A stretch of DNA of 64,000 nt from Bacteroidales bacterium (GTDB lineage: Bacteria > Bacteroidota > Bacteroidia > Bacteroidales > P3): assembly GCA_016283745.1 (NCBI GenBank), contig JAEENM010000147.1:23079-87078 (forward strand), given 5' to 3'. This document shows positions 12,801 to 19,273 of the stretch, piece after piece. Positions within the stretch are counted from its first letter, which is position 1, and the number at the start of each line of letters is the position of its first letter. The notes beneath the pieces are model-generated. The model was not told the origin of the DNA. It made no database searches and worked only from the letters and a program-made list of their open reading frames with translations. The translations under genes and the position numbers were made by a program.

Positions 12801-15800
12801 TCCTGCCGCGCTATTTTCTGCTTTTTGGTTGTATAGGCTCAGCGCTTTTTTCAACGCGCTCACCTTGTCATCGTTCAGGCGGTCGCCTAACGACAATATT
12901 ATAATGTTGGTGTAGTCCGCCACCGTGTCGCCGGTGTCGAATGGGAAAAGATTTTGCTGACGTGCGAAACCGTTCACTTTCTCGCCAGCCTTTATCCCGC
13001 TCTTGCGGGCTTGGTATGTAAGGTTGATGGCCTCGGCCAGCTCGTTTTCCAACGAATAGTCCTCGCCCAGATGTATGTTGTTGCTTATCTCGGTGAGTGC
13101 CGTTATCACCCTTTCGCGCATCGAGGGGAAAGCTGCAAGTTGTCGTATTGCGTCGGGGTTGCTCTCAAAGGCTTTACCGATGAGCATATTCTCCAATATC
13201 TCGCGGCCTCTTGCGCTTATCTTGTCGCCGTCCATCATCTCGGCAAGCTGCATATCGTTGATAACTCCTGCTCCATGCAACTCGGCCAACGCCTGCGGTG
13301 CGGCTTTGGGGTCGTTGTAGAAATCGCCAATGGTGTCGAAACGGTTTATGGTGTTTATGATACGGCCGAAAGTGGCATCATCCACGGTCTTTCCAAGTTT
13401 CACGGCCTGCTCCGTCCTGCTTTGGCTTTTCTTCTCCTCTGCGTTGAATTTGGCAAAGGTGTCGGTGGTGTAGGGCAGGTTCTCGTCGGCCACAAACACC
13501 ACTCGCGGATGTTGCATTGCCGACACCTGCTCGGCGGTGAAACCGAACTGCTGAGGATATTTTTTCAGATGCTCGATATAGGCTCCGTCGGTGTTCTGCT
13601 GTGCGGCAAGCTCGCCCGCCATTGTGCGGCCGTTACCGCTCAACACCACCCCGTCGTTGCTTACCACGGGAACGTCTTTCAACGCCCTGCTGTCGTAGTT
13701 GTCGGCCATCTGTCGGGTGATGCGTTGCGCCTGCTTGTCGCGCTCGTAGTCGCGGTCGTTCACCGTCTGGCCGTTCTCATCGACAGGAAATCCCTCGTAA
13801 CGAGCAAACTCGTTGTTTGGATCGTGGCTCGGTGTTGCCGCTCCGCTTTCGACAAGCACATAATGGCCTTTAATCGTCTCACCGTTGGCAAGTGCTATCT
13901 CATTTTCAAAACCGTCCACTTTCTCGGCGCTCTCCCATTTCTCACGAATGGCGGGATGTGCCGCGTTTGCTCCCCGTTGTGCCTGCTCCTGACGTTTGGC
14001 CAGTTCCTCGGCCTGCCGTTGTCTCTCCCTCTCCTCCGACGCTTCGATGGCGGCTTTCTCTTTTTCCTGCTGTTCTTTTAGTGCGGCGTTGCGCACCTTG
14101 TCGTGCTGTGCCTTTATCTCGTCCCACAGCTGCTTGTCGGCAAGGGCGGCATCGTAGTCGGCTTTTGCCTTGTCGAGTTTTGCCAAAGCGTTTTCCTCTT
14201 TGCCGTAGGGTGCGTTGTCGTAGTCGGCTTGTGCTTTGTCGAGTTTGGTCTTTGCTGCTGCAAGGGTCTTGGCTCTGTCCTGCACGGTGGCGGCTATCTT
14301 GCCCGTGGGGTTGGCACTGTTCGCTGTTATATCGTTGTAAATCTGCTGTGCTTGGGTGAGCGGCTCGGTGCTTCCCTCTGCTACGGGTGTTGTCTCGGTT
14401 TCCGCCACAGGCTCCGTCTCGGTGGGGGTTGTAGGCTCAACGGGTGTTTCGGGTGTCTGCACATCCTCAATACCTCGCATTGCCTTTACCTGCTCCCACA
14501 TGTCTTTGTTGCGCTGTGCGGCTTGCAGGTCTTGTTCCCACTTGGCGTGTTGTGCCTTGTAGTTGTCTATGTCAGTGCCAATCTGTGGTTCTCCGCTCTG
14601 TGCTGTGGCAAGCGCTTTTTCGGCCTCGTCGAGTTTGTTCTGCACGAATTTGTCGGCTTCCTGCTCGTTAAGTCCTGCTTGGTTGTAAACATAGTCGTAG
14701 GTCTGCTCTGTCGTGGCCTGTTCGTAGGCTGGTATCTGCTTGCCTTTTACCTCACGCATAGGCATTGTAAGGCTCGTTTGTGGCTCGGTTGGAGTGATAG
14801 GTGCTTCGCTCTCCGTTTCGGCCTCTACGGGTGTCTGCGGCGTCTCTGCTGGAGTTTCAGCGGTCGGCTCGGCGGCGGTATCTTCCAGCGGTGCTACGTA
14901 GTAGGACTCTATTGCGTTGTTCAGCTCGCTGACATACTTATGCACCACATCGTCACTGTCGGTTATCAGCTCCACGATGTTGCCGTTTTCATCGGGGGTG
15001 AACTGGCCGTTTTTGTACCGCACCCTGCGCAAAACCACAGCATGGCGCAGTTCTCCGTCCTCGTTGAAAGTTACCTCCATGCCGTTGGTGTAGTCGTCCG
15101 GAACACCCTCGACATAGCCTTGCGGCACGGTGTTTGTCTGCGGTGTTTCTTCCGTTGTCTGCTGTTCGGTTTCCTCGCTTCCGGGTGTCTGCTCCTCTGT
15201 GGTTTCGGTCTGTTGTTCCTCCGACACGGCTTGTGGCTCTGCGGTTTTGCTCTCCTCAACCCTCGCAACGTTGGGGTGTCGCTGGTAGTAGCTCTCTATT
15301 GCCGTAGCATCTGCCACGGCCTGCAAGTCGGAGCGTTGCATCACCTCCTGCTGTGGGTTGCCGTTCTCGTCGATGCCCCCTATGGTTATCTCCTCGCCGT
15401 CCTCGCTAATGGCAAGCACTTTGCCCATTATGCCGCTGGAAAGGGGGATTTCATCGCCTATATTGACGCTTATTTTGCCTTGTGCTTTGTCGATAGCCTG
15501 CTGTACGAAACTGTCCCGTGCATTTTGTATCTGCGCATCCACATCGTCGGCCGACATCACGCTGACAAATCCTCTTATCTCGCCCGAAGATATGGCTTTC
15601 TTTTCGCCGGTGTTCGGGTCGTAGATAGTAACCATCTGGTCGCTGTTCTCGGTATCAACGTCCTTTCCACCCTGCAACATCGTAACATTGCCGTCGATAA
15701 GATAAACGGTTTTGTCCTTGTTGGGGTCGTCCTCGTCTATGATGTTCACCTCTTTAACCATCTGGTCGGCTCGGTGTTGTGTCTTTGCCATCTCCCTGCG

Positions 15801-18194
15801 CATCTGTGTCGCCACAAGGTCGGCTTGGTCTTCGATGGACTGTTGCACACCGTCCCACGCCGCTTTGCGTTCCTCGGCGCTACGGTTGCCCAGTGCTTCG
15901 TCGTTCATCTCCAATGCTATGTCGTGTGCTGTCTGCTCGTCGGAATTATAGCCACGCTCATAAGAGTTTTCTATTTTAATTTTTTGTTCGCTAATTTCTC
16001 CCTTGCGAGCCTTATCAGCTTCAACAATGCCTTTATATTTGTATGTTGCTTTATAGTAATCAAGTATAGCCCGCTTTTGTTCTTTGCTAATATCATGATT
16101 TGCCATCAGTTCGGCTATTCTTGTAGGCACATCCCTATAGTTACCAAAGGCTATTGTGTTACGTATTTCTCCCCACGCATTTTGATTTCCGTTGAAAGCG
16201 GATAATCCTGCCTCGTCAGCATTAACCATTGCGTTTTTAGCTTGATGCTTTGGTGTTCTATAATTAGCCGTTTTGGCAACCGAAAACGCTCCGCCCATCA
16301 CAGCTACGGAGCGCAATGTTTCCAGCATGTTTTCCGTGTTGAAAACGCCCGTCTCGGGGTCGGTGTCTAATGTTTGGTCGCCAACCATTATTGCATTCTC
16401 TACCCCTCCAACTAACTCTTCGGCAAATTCTTCAATAGTTCCATTCCAATTGGTGTTTTTCTCAAAATCTTTTACCACATTAGCCCACTTGGAAGAAGAA
16501 ATATTGTCTATTAAGCCATACACTTTGTCCAATCTCAGATGTTGGCCGAACTTCGACATAGCCCCCTTTTCCAACAACGTTCCACCTGCCTTTAATAATG
16601 GACTAAAATATGCTCCAAACAATTCTGAATCGTTTTGGCTGAAAACATCACCGAACGATTTTAGAAACGCTGTTGTAGGTTTTTCTTTTTCTGTTCTTCC
16701 AGAATATACAAAATTTCCCTCACTGTCTCTGTTTATGTTCATCTGCCCAGCCGTTCGTGAGGCCGTCCCTGCCGCAACTCGCGAAAAACTCGTTGTGGTT
16801 GTTAATATGCCCGCGCCACCCGCATCGGCCAAAACTCTGCCGCCAAATCTCATTGCATTGCCTAACACCGCCTCTTTCCCAAAATGCTTCAACGCTTGTT
16901 TGCTAAATCGCTTTAGTGCGTATCTTGTCAACATACTCTGTGCGCTTCTTCCTAACTTTGAAGCGGGGTTTATAAAAAACTCTAACATAAAAGGAATAGC
17001 ATCTGCCGTGACCTCACCAGCCTTAAACCACCCATTTGCCCCCGAATCAAAATACATCTGGGTAGCCATTTCTATTGCTTTGGCATCAAGCAACATTTTT
17101 TCCTCTTTAGTCAATTCTTCACCTGCGTCTGCCTTATTCAATGTAGCCATCAATTCAGTCGCGTCAATACCCTCCATCATTCCAAAGTCCCATGTTCTCG
17201 GGTCTCCCAACTTATCTAAACCACGTATAAACTTCGCAGCTCCCAAATCATGAACTCCGCCTTTGGTGTTCATTTCTCGCCACATTCTATCAGCATTTGC
17301 TAAAGCATTGTTAGCGGCATTGAGTTGTTTCCATCTTGAATCACCCAGTCTGCCATTTACCGTAATGCTGTTAAATGTGTGGACTAACGGACCGCCACCC
17401 ATTGGACGGTCGCCCCAATTACTACTGATTGCCTCGTTGTCTAATTGGGTTCCTCTCGCGTTTAATTCTTTTCTTACATCATCACGCAAATTGTGCAATT
17501 GGTCTATCAACTGCTTTTCTTTTCTGTTTTCCGTCTCCTCTTTAACAGCCTGCTGAAAGTTTTTTGTCAGTTCGGGCAGGTTTTCCTCGCCGTACATCTC
17601 CACAGCCTTTTGTTTGAGCTGGTTTGCCAATTCCTCGCCCTGCTTTATCGGGTCGCTGGTCGTTGCCTTGGCTGTGTTGTAGGCCTCTTGTATGGCAGCT
17701 TGCACAGGGTCGGTCGGGGTTGTGGGGGTAGTTTTCTTCTGTACGGGTTTCATCCCTCCGCCTTGCACGTAGTCTTTGGCAATCTGCTGTATCATCTCCT
17801 TGGGGTCGGTGGTGCCGAACTGCTGTTGCGCCATCTGACGCAGCTTGTTCTCGTCCCGTGTGCCGAACTTCTTTTCGGCAAGGTCTAACAGCCCTTCCTT
17901 GCTCTGCTGCTCCACCGTCATTCTGGGCTTCGGCTGTGCCGTGGGTTGTGTCGTGGCTGTGGTCTGCTTTGCTGTCGGCTGTGGGGTAGGGGCGTTTAGT
18001 TTGTCCCCGATGATGTCGGACGTAAATTGTTCAAACGCCGGAAGGTCGTAGTTGTCCTCTATTAAGTTGTCGTACAGTTCACGACGCAAGTTATCATCTG
18101 CCATGTCGGATGTGAACTTGTCGTATGCCGGTAAGTCGTAGTTATCTTTTAAAAGGTTGTTATACAACTCTTTGCGTTTGCGTTCGTCTGTCAT
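855..18194 (-). CDS. Giant polyvalent protein (5,779 aa) with a DarB-like N6A-methyltransferase + SF2 helicase core and multiple accessory modules
   Basis: Single uninterrupted ORF in the track. Recognisable motifs are listed as sub-features. All long plus-strand ORFs across it are low-complexity antisense shadows. It starts with a tandem ~30-aa repeat (LYNNLLKDNYDLPAYDKFTSD / LYDNLIEDNYDLPAFEQFTSD). Confidence 0.9.
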   Translation of the reverse strand: MTDERKRKELYNNLLKDNYDLPAYDKFTSDMADDNLRRELYDNLIEDNYDLPAFEQFTSDIIGDKLNAPTPQPTAKQTTATTQPTAQPKPRMTVEQQSKEGLLDLAEKKFGTRDENKLRQMAQQQFGTTDPKEMIQQIAKDYVQGGGMKPVQKKTTPTTPTDPVQAAIQEAYNTAKATTSDPIKQGEELANQLKQKAVEMYGEENLPELTKNFQQAVKEETENRKEKQLIDQLHNLRDDVRKELNARGTQLDNEAISSNWGDRPMGGGPLVHTFNSITVNGRLGDSRWKQLNAANNALANADRMWREMNTKGGVHDLGAAKFIRGLDKLGDPRTWDFGMMEGIDATELMATLNKADAGEELTKEEKMLLDAKAIEMATQMYFDSGANGWFKAGEVTADAIPFMLEFFINPASKLGRSAQSMLTRYALKRFSKQALKHFGKEAVLGNAMRFGGRVLADAGGAGILTTTTSFSRVAAGTASRTAGQMNINRDSEGNFVYSGRTEKEKPTTAFLKSFGDVFSQNDSELFGAYFSPLLKAGGTLLEKGAMSKFGQHLRLDKVYGLIDNISSSKWANVVKDFEKNTNWNGTIEEFAEELVGGVENAIMVGDQTLDTDPETGVFNTENMLETLRSVAVMGGAFSVAKTANYRTPKHQAKNAMVNADEAGLSAFNGNQNAWGEIRNTIAFGNYRDVPTRIAELMANHDISKEQKRAILDYYKATYKYKGIVEADKARKGEISEQKIKIENSYERGYNSDEQTAHDIALEMNDEALGNRSAEERKAAWDGVQQSIEDQADLVATQMRREMAKTQHRADQMVKEVNIIDEDDPNKDKTVYLIDGNVTMLQGGKDVDTENSDQMVTIYDPNTGEKKAISSGEIRGFVSVMSADDVDAQIQNARDSFVQQAIDKAQGKISVNIGDEIPLSSGIMGKVLAISEDGEEITIGGIDENGNPQQEVMQRSDLQAVADATAIESYYQRHPNVARVEESKTAEPQAVSEEQQTETTEEQTPGSEETEQQTTEETPQTNTVPQGYVEGVPDDYTNGMEVTFNEDGELRHAVVLRRVRYKNGQFTPDENGNIVELITDSDDVVHKYVSELNNAIESYYVAPLEDTAAEPTAETPAETPQTPVEAETESEAPITPTEPQTSLTMPMREVKGKQIPAYEQATTEQTYDYVYNQAGLNEQEADKFVQNKLDEAEKALATAQSGEPQIGTDIDNYKAQHAKWEQDLQAAQRNKDMWEQVKAMRGIEDVQTPETPVEPTTPTETEPVAETETTPVAEGSTEPLTQAQQIYNDITANSANPTGKIAATVQDRAKTLAAAKTKLDKAQADYDNAPYGKEENALAKLDKAKADYDAALADKQLWDEIKAQHDKVRNAALKEQQEKEKAAIEASEERERQRQAEELAKRQEQAQRGANAAHPAIREKWESAEKVDGFENEIALANGETIKGHYVLVESGAATPSHDPNNEFARYEGFPVDENGQTVNDRDYERDKQAQRITRQMADNYDSRALKDVPVVSNDGVVLSGNGRTMAGELAAQQNTDGAYIEHLKKYPQQFGFTAEQVSAMQHPRVVFVADENLPYTTDTFAKFNAEEKKSQSRTEQAVKLGKTVDDATFGRIINTINRFDTIGDFYNDPKAAPQALAELHGAGVINDMQLAEMMDGDKISARGREILENMLIGKAFESNPDAIRQLAAFPSMRERVITALTEISNNIHLGEDYSLENELAEAINLTYQARKSGIKAGEKVNGFARQQNLFPFDTGDTVADYTNIIILSLGDRLNDDKVSALKKALSLYNQKAENSAAGQYDMFSGVIKTKEEIYKEVEEILNYGTKQEQQSALDAADEQRKRNALQEREGETGVQEDGVADGSDAGAEPAGRGTEPDGTVEEIHGTQVQQADEEIEGEGAFLKPKVELERFRSLRQALADGYANNDKEAIQKAVDDLKQYVSEGLDTDDTYSEEIDDYEGNDPIMLANRYITHLYQDRYVDDDKDQEYIRTGLRSDMRTESSAPQPIELTEGGESTAKSKPSLTDVIKTLAEKGKTFASRIYQRSFFDVAQTPEFMKELGVSGEKFTVSYGTISRHFGKDAEHELSESEWEQLQDAITKPFAITKYFDDKNHQNLKGYRLYTIIPKGKGFVVVGVDVKKVNQGKNKPVLEINSISTVFGKDGGITGFEEEIYRSENINPQQAALLERPNSSQYPSVGDFSGKDTKNSETDQKNIANNTESEQKNYTITPAQYTTKRNKVLDMHLVTFGRELTKGELAAGKEIAKQNRGWYDRDRGGFMMRDEESAKQLAEALNDKEKVADEQPLSLQDIKETNNEAEQSQSPETKEQSTELEQPKQEQTEEQPKGSSWVDDEDKARFDELKEMLRKKLGGQLNMGFDPEAFSAGVEMSYLVIKHGARKFADFAKKMIEALGDAVRPYLKSFYNGARDLPEMESYAKELTPYDEVSAFDVENFDKEGAKDLVKTAATIVREQEVEKEAEQATEKIKKKRNENRKENEKKSVSLQNGNQLDLFGGSQIKTKNDENTNVQTGTSETGRGGYQPQQNEPMGGSTGNETERPDGRGVGGRDKYDSGNDGVGGVGVSKLPAGEQRIESEQSKRNLNNNHAERGTDYAPKGVDARIEANIKAIELMQQLVESGQKATPEQMSVLRKYSGWGGLGKAFSNLTEIDGVKTTAGRLRDLLGDEGYEQANMSRNSAFFTPAHIIDTLWDIARALGFRGGNVLEGSAGIGNIIGLMPQDMSERSNIHAVEIDQTTGNILSLLYPDAKVEVQGFEATQVKNGSVDLCITNVPFVTGLRVNDTTGDKDLSKKFHDIHDFCIAKNVRKLRDGGIGIFITSSGTLDNSQKLRDWLVSEGNADVVGAFRLNNETFGGTAATSDIIVIRKRVNGKKSAHAIDVLPITGERVAEYDTGETKKVKGQEIRVVKNLSMDYNKYFVQHPEMMGGEMAFGFERGDNYRPTSKGLYPKRGVNQNERLQSFVQSLQGFDDEAAAPVSIEANNNKVYESLGDDVKEGSMVVSNGQLCVARYGQAVPLNLNKNKVKGHTKEECFNSYKKIKDALSAVLEYQTTHEENDGLKPLLDELNNAYDNFVNVYGRLHKNMAIPFLKNDVDFANILALEKYNERIDVKTGERIAEYGKTDIFSKRVVEKEKTPSPTNVKDGITASIYMHGRIDLPWIAEKITQSTGKPISEKEVREEIINSGLGFENPATTQMEVSYEYLSGNVREKLQQANEANGVEGQEGKYSANIKALENVIPMNIPAHLIDFSIGSSWITPELYEEYIKERTDIDVKCVNVDGTWFMRKPHWRNEEKNRAMGVVSEKLNKTILGTELIEAAMTNRAITVSETRKTWDGKRETITDSDATSACANKVDEIRQDFKDWAKAKMLSEPAFSEQIEQIYNEKFNNFVPKSIPEEYVPKHFGGAATIVDNKPFSLRPHQGKAAVRATTQPLLLAHEVGTGKTYTLITAAMEMRRLGTARKPMIVVQNSTVGQFVESAKKLYPNAKVLTIDDKEHDEEGRKNFYAKIKYNDWDMIVVPQSVFERIPDSEERQMAFVADKIEEKEKALELLQDEDIDGSSWIVKQAEREINDLQAELTELTAATSKKKKERDEKKDAIIRQNAEVKAFEMLDRMTDNVENFDDMGIDALLVDEAHEYKHLGFATAMQRGVKGIDPSYSKKAQGVYLKTQAVLEKNNGRNVVFATGTPISNTAAEIWTFMRYLMPADTMKDYGIYYFDDFVRNFGNLTQMLEFTTSGKFKENNRFAGYVNLPELVRIWSGVADTVLTKEAGGVNDKIPEMEGGKAKDIYLPQTKSLRAVMKYVKAELDRFDNMTGKEKKKNRHIPLTMYGIAKAAAVDARLVVSDAIDEPQSKTNEAVRQTLDSLEQTKSYNGTVAIFADNYQNKRSGFNLYEDIRQKLIEAGIPAEQIVVMKSGMSVNKKLDIFDRVNRGEVRVIMGSTFTLGTGVNIQERLHTLIHLDAPNRPMDYTQRNGRILRQGNLHKEMGIPVRVLRFGVEDSLDVTAYQRLKTKGAIADSIMNGKQMLENSMENRAIEEEEDVFGDTVAQLSGSEYAMLKNQAEKDVRKYENKKKQWEADQTYCHNEIPRLESTLRNYDRRLKQAEEASQKVEQSKEQHKGQSPAIVIDGKTYPNIEALADFIKEFNKKVKEAENSIRENPYGTSEKKLTIKINVGGFNFTFNTKLSYETASEQGNLFNAIRRKMTYDCEELGMEDTPVKQSLLRVGLEDILENVVSGKEFAERVEKLKQSIAKTQESLKQVKAREGKPFEFTKELETAHRRFDEYSELMKKEMAEKEQKYAEVDAEVDAATEVTEAEEASEEETDTPVYRDEDTTPPDPWLSTYEESLASARRFGYTKKQHDAFIERSRRYTRKFIADAVAKLNLTDDVQVVETIDEVQGLTEQEREKRRKKRGWYDPKTNKIVVILDNHHSRGDVLRTILHEGAGHYGLRKMFGKHFDDFLDNVYDHSEPEIRRAITKLARDKYNYDFRRATEEYLATMAEGMESDLRYDTLGGNSDELPEQFWSWQKIKDLFWEMMSKIGLKIKRWFYGSIGENELRYVLWSSYQRLKYPGRFRDFVRTAEDVVMQEELKVGDFEQPAEERRGWWEKSEAEEKEEIIEDMGLNNEEAARLRKEMEKEETRKRTPENQTWRKLKERYPNDLVMLSDGKGFYSMYGEDAERVAKLLGIVLRKTKEKGGVYVVSFPERDLDGYLHKLFNAGHRVAVSDGQPIDADKVSEDVAEYERRTPKPYPVQKSNEQDSEVYFRDEDDGDNFTDRDRAIARDEYERMVATGGYQFQEAMQDSMLGLRKAMQAILGAGKDFRIEEVAGNENAYLAENRMSSTNAAEQHYYFIHYMKPLLEAIHLIAGSNKAARQELTDYMMAKHGLERNQKFAERDFAEYQKEYPATNKTIDDFRDRDYAGLTALTGESDVRTAEAMAQMMVDEYEATHDVTLLWEATKRATGVTLAKIYRSGLLSKESYEQIRDQFDYYIPLQGFDETTSDEVYGYLTSRKGPFGSPIKHAEGRTSKADDPIATIALMADKAIQQANRNEMKKLFLNFVENHPSDLVSVSKLWLHKDAATGDWVPVFPDIEADDTPVEVERKVEEFETKMQQLAEQHPKEYKSGMDAKNFPYRVLPENRNEHQVLVKRNGETFVLTINGNPRAAQALNGLTNPDVKTGGFIGGAMKTAQFVNHQLSAFYTTRDPNFVVSNFFRDMLYSNCMTWVKEGGNYALNFHKNFGKFNPATMRWLFGKWNKGTLDDSKPIEYMFKQFMLNGGETGYTNIRDIEAHKREIARELKRQGSTTRQVWSALGKQLDLLNESVENCARFAAFITSMEMGRSLERSIYDAKEVSVNFNKKGSGDKMVGATGQTKAGKLGSYLSGAGRLLYVFWNAGLQGMTNFGRAAKRHPAKFTAGAAAMFTLGAVIPLIAKALWGGDDDDDDDKNAYYNLPEYVRRSNICIGAGDQWITIPLPIEFRAIYGMGELATGVITGEEHYSKGETARQIISQGSQILPLDFMEGGGGWHAFIPSQVKPIVEASSNKSWVGLPIYKDTPYNQNDPEFTKAYKSADKNIVGASRWLNELTGGDDFKKGAIDINPSKVEYVLNGYLGGYFKVPNQLVKMAETAFGDREFEWKNMIMANRLVKSGDERTANRKLQNEFFNLKAEYEETKRLLKKYENAANEGVLKYAEKLDYLENSKEYGRYLIFDEYKKDIDGAYKAMKEAEDAEIYKASENEYYEYLRELIDAIHRYEKGEDVNSILNYQSN
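1827..1913 (-). other. Hydrophobic (TM-like) helix followed by a poly-Asp tract in the C-terminal region of the giant ORF
   Basis: AAAMFTLGAVIPLIAKALWGG-DDDDDDD-KNAYYNLPEY. The D7 tract is encoded at 1827-1847. Confidence 0.6.
3960..4230 (-). other. MutS domain-I-like module inside the giant ORF
   Basis: WRKLKERYPNDLVMLSDGKGFYSMYGEDAERVAKLLGIVL...FPERDLDGYLHKLFNAGHRVAVSD aligns by eye with the E. coli MutS N-terminus ([39 protein letters not shown]...[23 protein letters not shown]). Confidence 0.55.
4821..4838 (-). other. HExxxH segment (TILHEGAGHYGL), a possible metallopeptidase-like module inside the giant ORF
   Basis: HEGAGH read directly from the translation. Spacing is H-E-x-x-x-H, not the canonical HExxH, so the catalytic assignment is uncertain. 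Confidence 0.3.
6234..7835 (-). other. SF2 (SNF2/DEAH-type) helicase core inside the giant ORF
   Basis: Motif I AHEVGTGKTYT (GTGKT = 7821-7835), motif II LLVDEAHEYK (DEAH = 7248-7259), motif III ATGTPISNT, motif V/VI GSTFTLGTGVN ... QRNGRILRQGN (6234-6248). Confidence 0.9.
9825..10034 (-). other. N6-adenine DNA methyltransferase catalytic core inside the giant ORF
   Basis: Motif I NVLEGSAGIGNIIG (about 10008-10034) and motif IV DLCITNVPF (NVPF = 9825-9836). Preceded by YSGWGGLGKAF and FFTPAHI, typical of large plasmid/phage methylase-helicase proteins. Confidence 0.85.
11700..12080 (-). other. Possible MuF_C / PBECR-like (barnase-EndoU-RelE-like) module inside the giant ORF
   Basis: ELGVSGEKFTVSYGTISRHFGKDAEHELSESEWEQLQDAITKPFAITKY...GFVVVGVDV...LEINSISTVFGK. 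The layout (H-x-x-K..H, W..L...I..P, then a beta-rich tail ending T-x-F-x-K) recalls the C-terminal modules of MuF-type polyvalent proteins. Weak call, from memory only. Confidence 0.3.
13600..13900 (-). other. ParB/sulfiredoxin-fold-like domain inside the giant ORF (approximate bounds)
   Basis: Translation reads ...GHYVLVESGAATPSHDPNN...VPVVSNDGVVLSGNGRTMAGELAA. The h-h-S-G-N-G-R-T segment resembles the ParB-fold GxxR box. Assigned by eye only. Confidence 0.4.
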
Positions 18195-18204
18195 CTTTAT
18201 GTTA

Positions 18205-19254
18205 TTATTTGAATGAATAACCTATTTTCTTTGTAGCGGGTTGTTGTGTGTATGCCTGCTTCCCCGTGCCCTTGCCGTTTCCGCTGGCGTTGCTTCCGCT
18301 TGGCGTCTTGGTGGTTGTGGTTACCTTTTTTCTACCTCTTGCGTCGGTTTCCTCTTTGACAGTAGTGTAACCATCCTCTTTATTTTTGTAATACTCCGCC
18401 TGTGCGCTGTTTTTATCTGCGGCCGCATTTTGATTGCCTATATATGCCATCGCCTTCGCGTGGTTGTCATCAAACCCCATTGCGAGGTACTTCCCTCTCG
18501 TTACCTCATTTTCGTATTGCTGATGATACTTTGCGGCTAATTCGTAATTCTTTTGCTCTGCCGCCTCTCTCGCCCTTGCAAGTGCCTCGTTTGCTTTAAT
18601 TCGGCTGTCCCGTAATGCGTTGTCGTTCTCGGCTTTTTGCAGTGCCTTTTGCTCGTTGAGGGCGATGGACTGCTCTTTGTATTCTTGGCTGGCGAGTGCA
18701 TTTTTGCGGTTAAGCACCTTGTCGTAATAGTTCATCAGCAGGGCGCGGTCTTTGTCGTGGGCGGCTTTCAGTTTCTCGGCACGTTCACGGCTCTTGTCGC
18801 TCAAAGTGTATTTCGGTGCTGTGTAGGGTACATAATGGTTTGCCGTGTCGATGTCGTTCATCACACGGGCGAAATCTGTAATACCGTCTAACGTGGCTTG
18901 TAAGGCCTGCAGTCGTTCCTCTTTCCTGCGTTTGCCTTTCTGCTGGTCGAGTTCGGCCTGAATGTCGGCAAGTACCTTGTCGTACCCTGCCGCCTGTTTG
19001 GCGTATTTGTCGCTTATCTCCTGCCGACGTTTGAGGTAGGTGTCGGTGGTGGTAGGTGTAGGTGTTACAACGGTGTTTTTTTTGGTGTCGGTGGTGCCGT
19101 CGGTGTCGTTGGTATTTTCGTTGTTGCTCTCGTCCTCAATAGGAGTAAGTTCACTTACATAGTGGCTGCCGGGTGTACCGTTTTGTGGTACAGTCTGCTG
19201 GTTTTTCTTTTCTTCTTCGTCGTAGTATGACGAATTTTTGTTTGTTCCGGGCAT
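18205..19254 (-). CDS. Hypothetical phage protein, T/N-rich N-terminus and long K/E/A/Q-rich coiled-coil-like body (349 aa)
   Basis: Track ORF, 10 nt upstream of the giant ORF start and co-oriented. No catalytic motif recognised. Confidence 0.7.
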   Translation of the reverse strand: MPGTNKNSSYYDEEEKKNQQTVPQNGTPGSHYVSELTPIEDESNNENTNDTDGTTDTKKNTVVTPTPTTTDTYLKRRQEISDKYAKQAAGYDKVLADIQAELDQQKGKRRKEERLQALQATLDGITDFARVMNDIDTANHYVPYTAPKYTLSDKSRERAEKLKAAHDKDRALLMNYYDKVLNRKNALASQEYKEQSIALNEQKALQKAENDNALRDSRIKANEALARAREAAEQKNYELAAKYHQQYENEVTRGKYLAMGFDDNHAKAMAYIGNQNAAADKNSAQAEYYKNKEDGYTTVKEETDARGRKKVTTTTKTPSGSNASGNGKGTGKQAYTQQPATKKIGYSFK

Positions 19255-19273
19255 AAATACTCCTTTCTATTGA

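Noticed and set aside
2289-17253. Many long plus-strand ORFs (for example 2289..3584, 3600..5141, 12954..14081, 14103..16205, 16273..17253) across the giant gene
   Set aside because: All lie antisense to a motif-rich 5,779-aa ORF. They have low-complexity V/L/C/F/H-rich sequences. They are typical shadow ORFs of a long gene.
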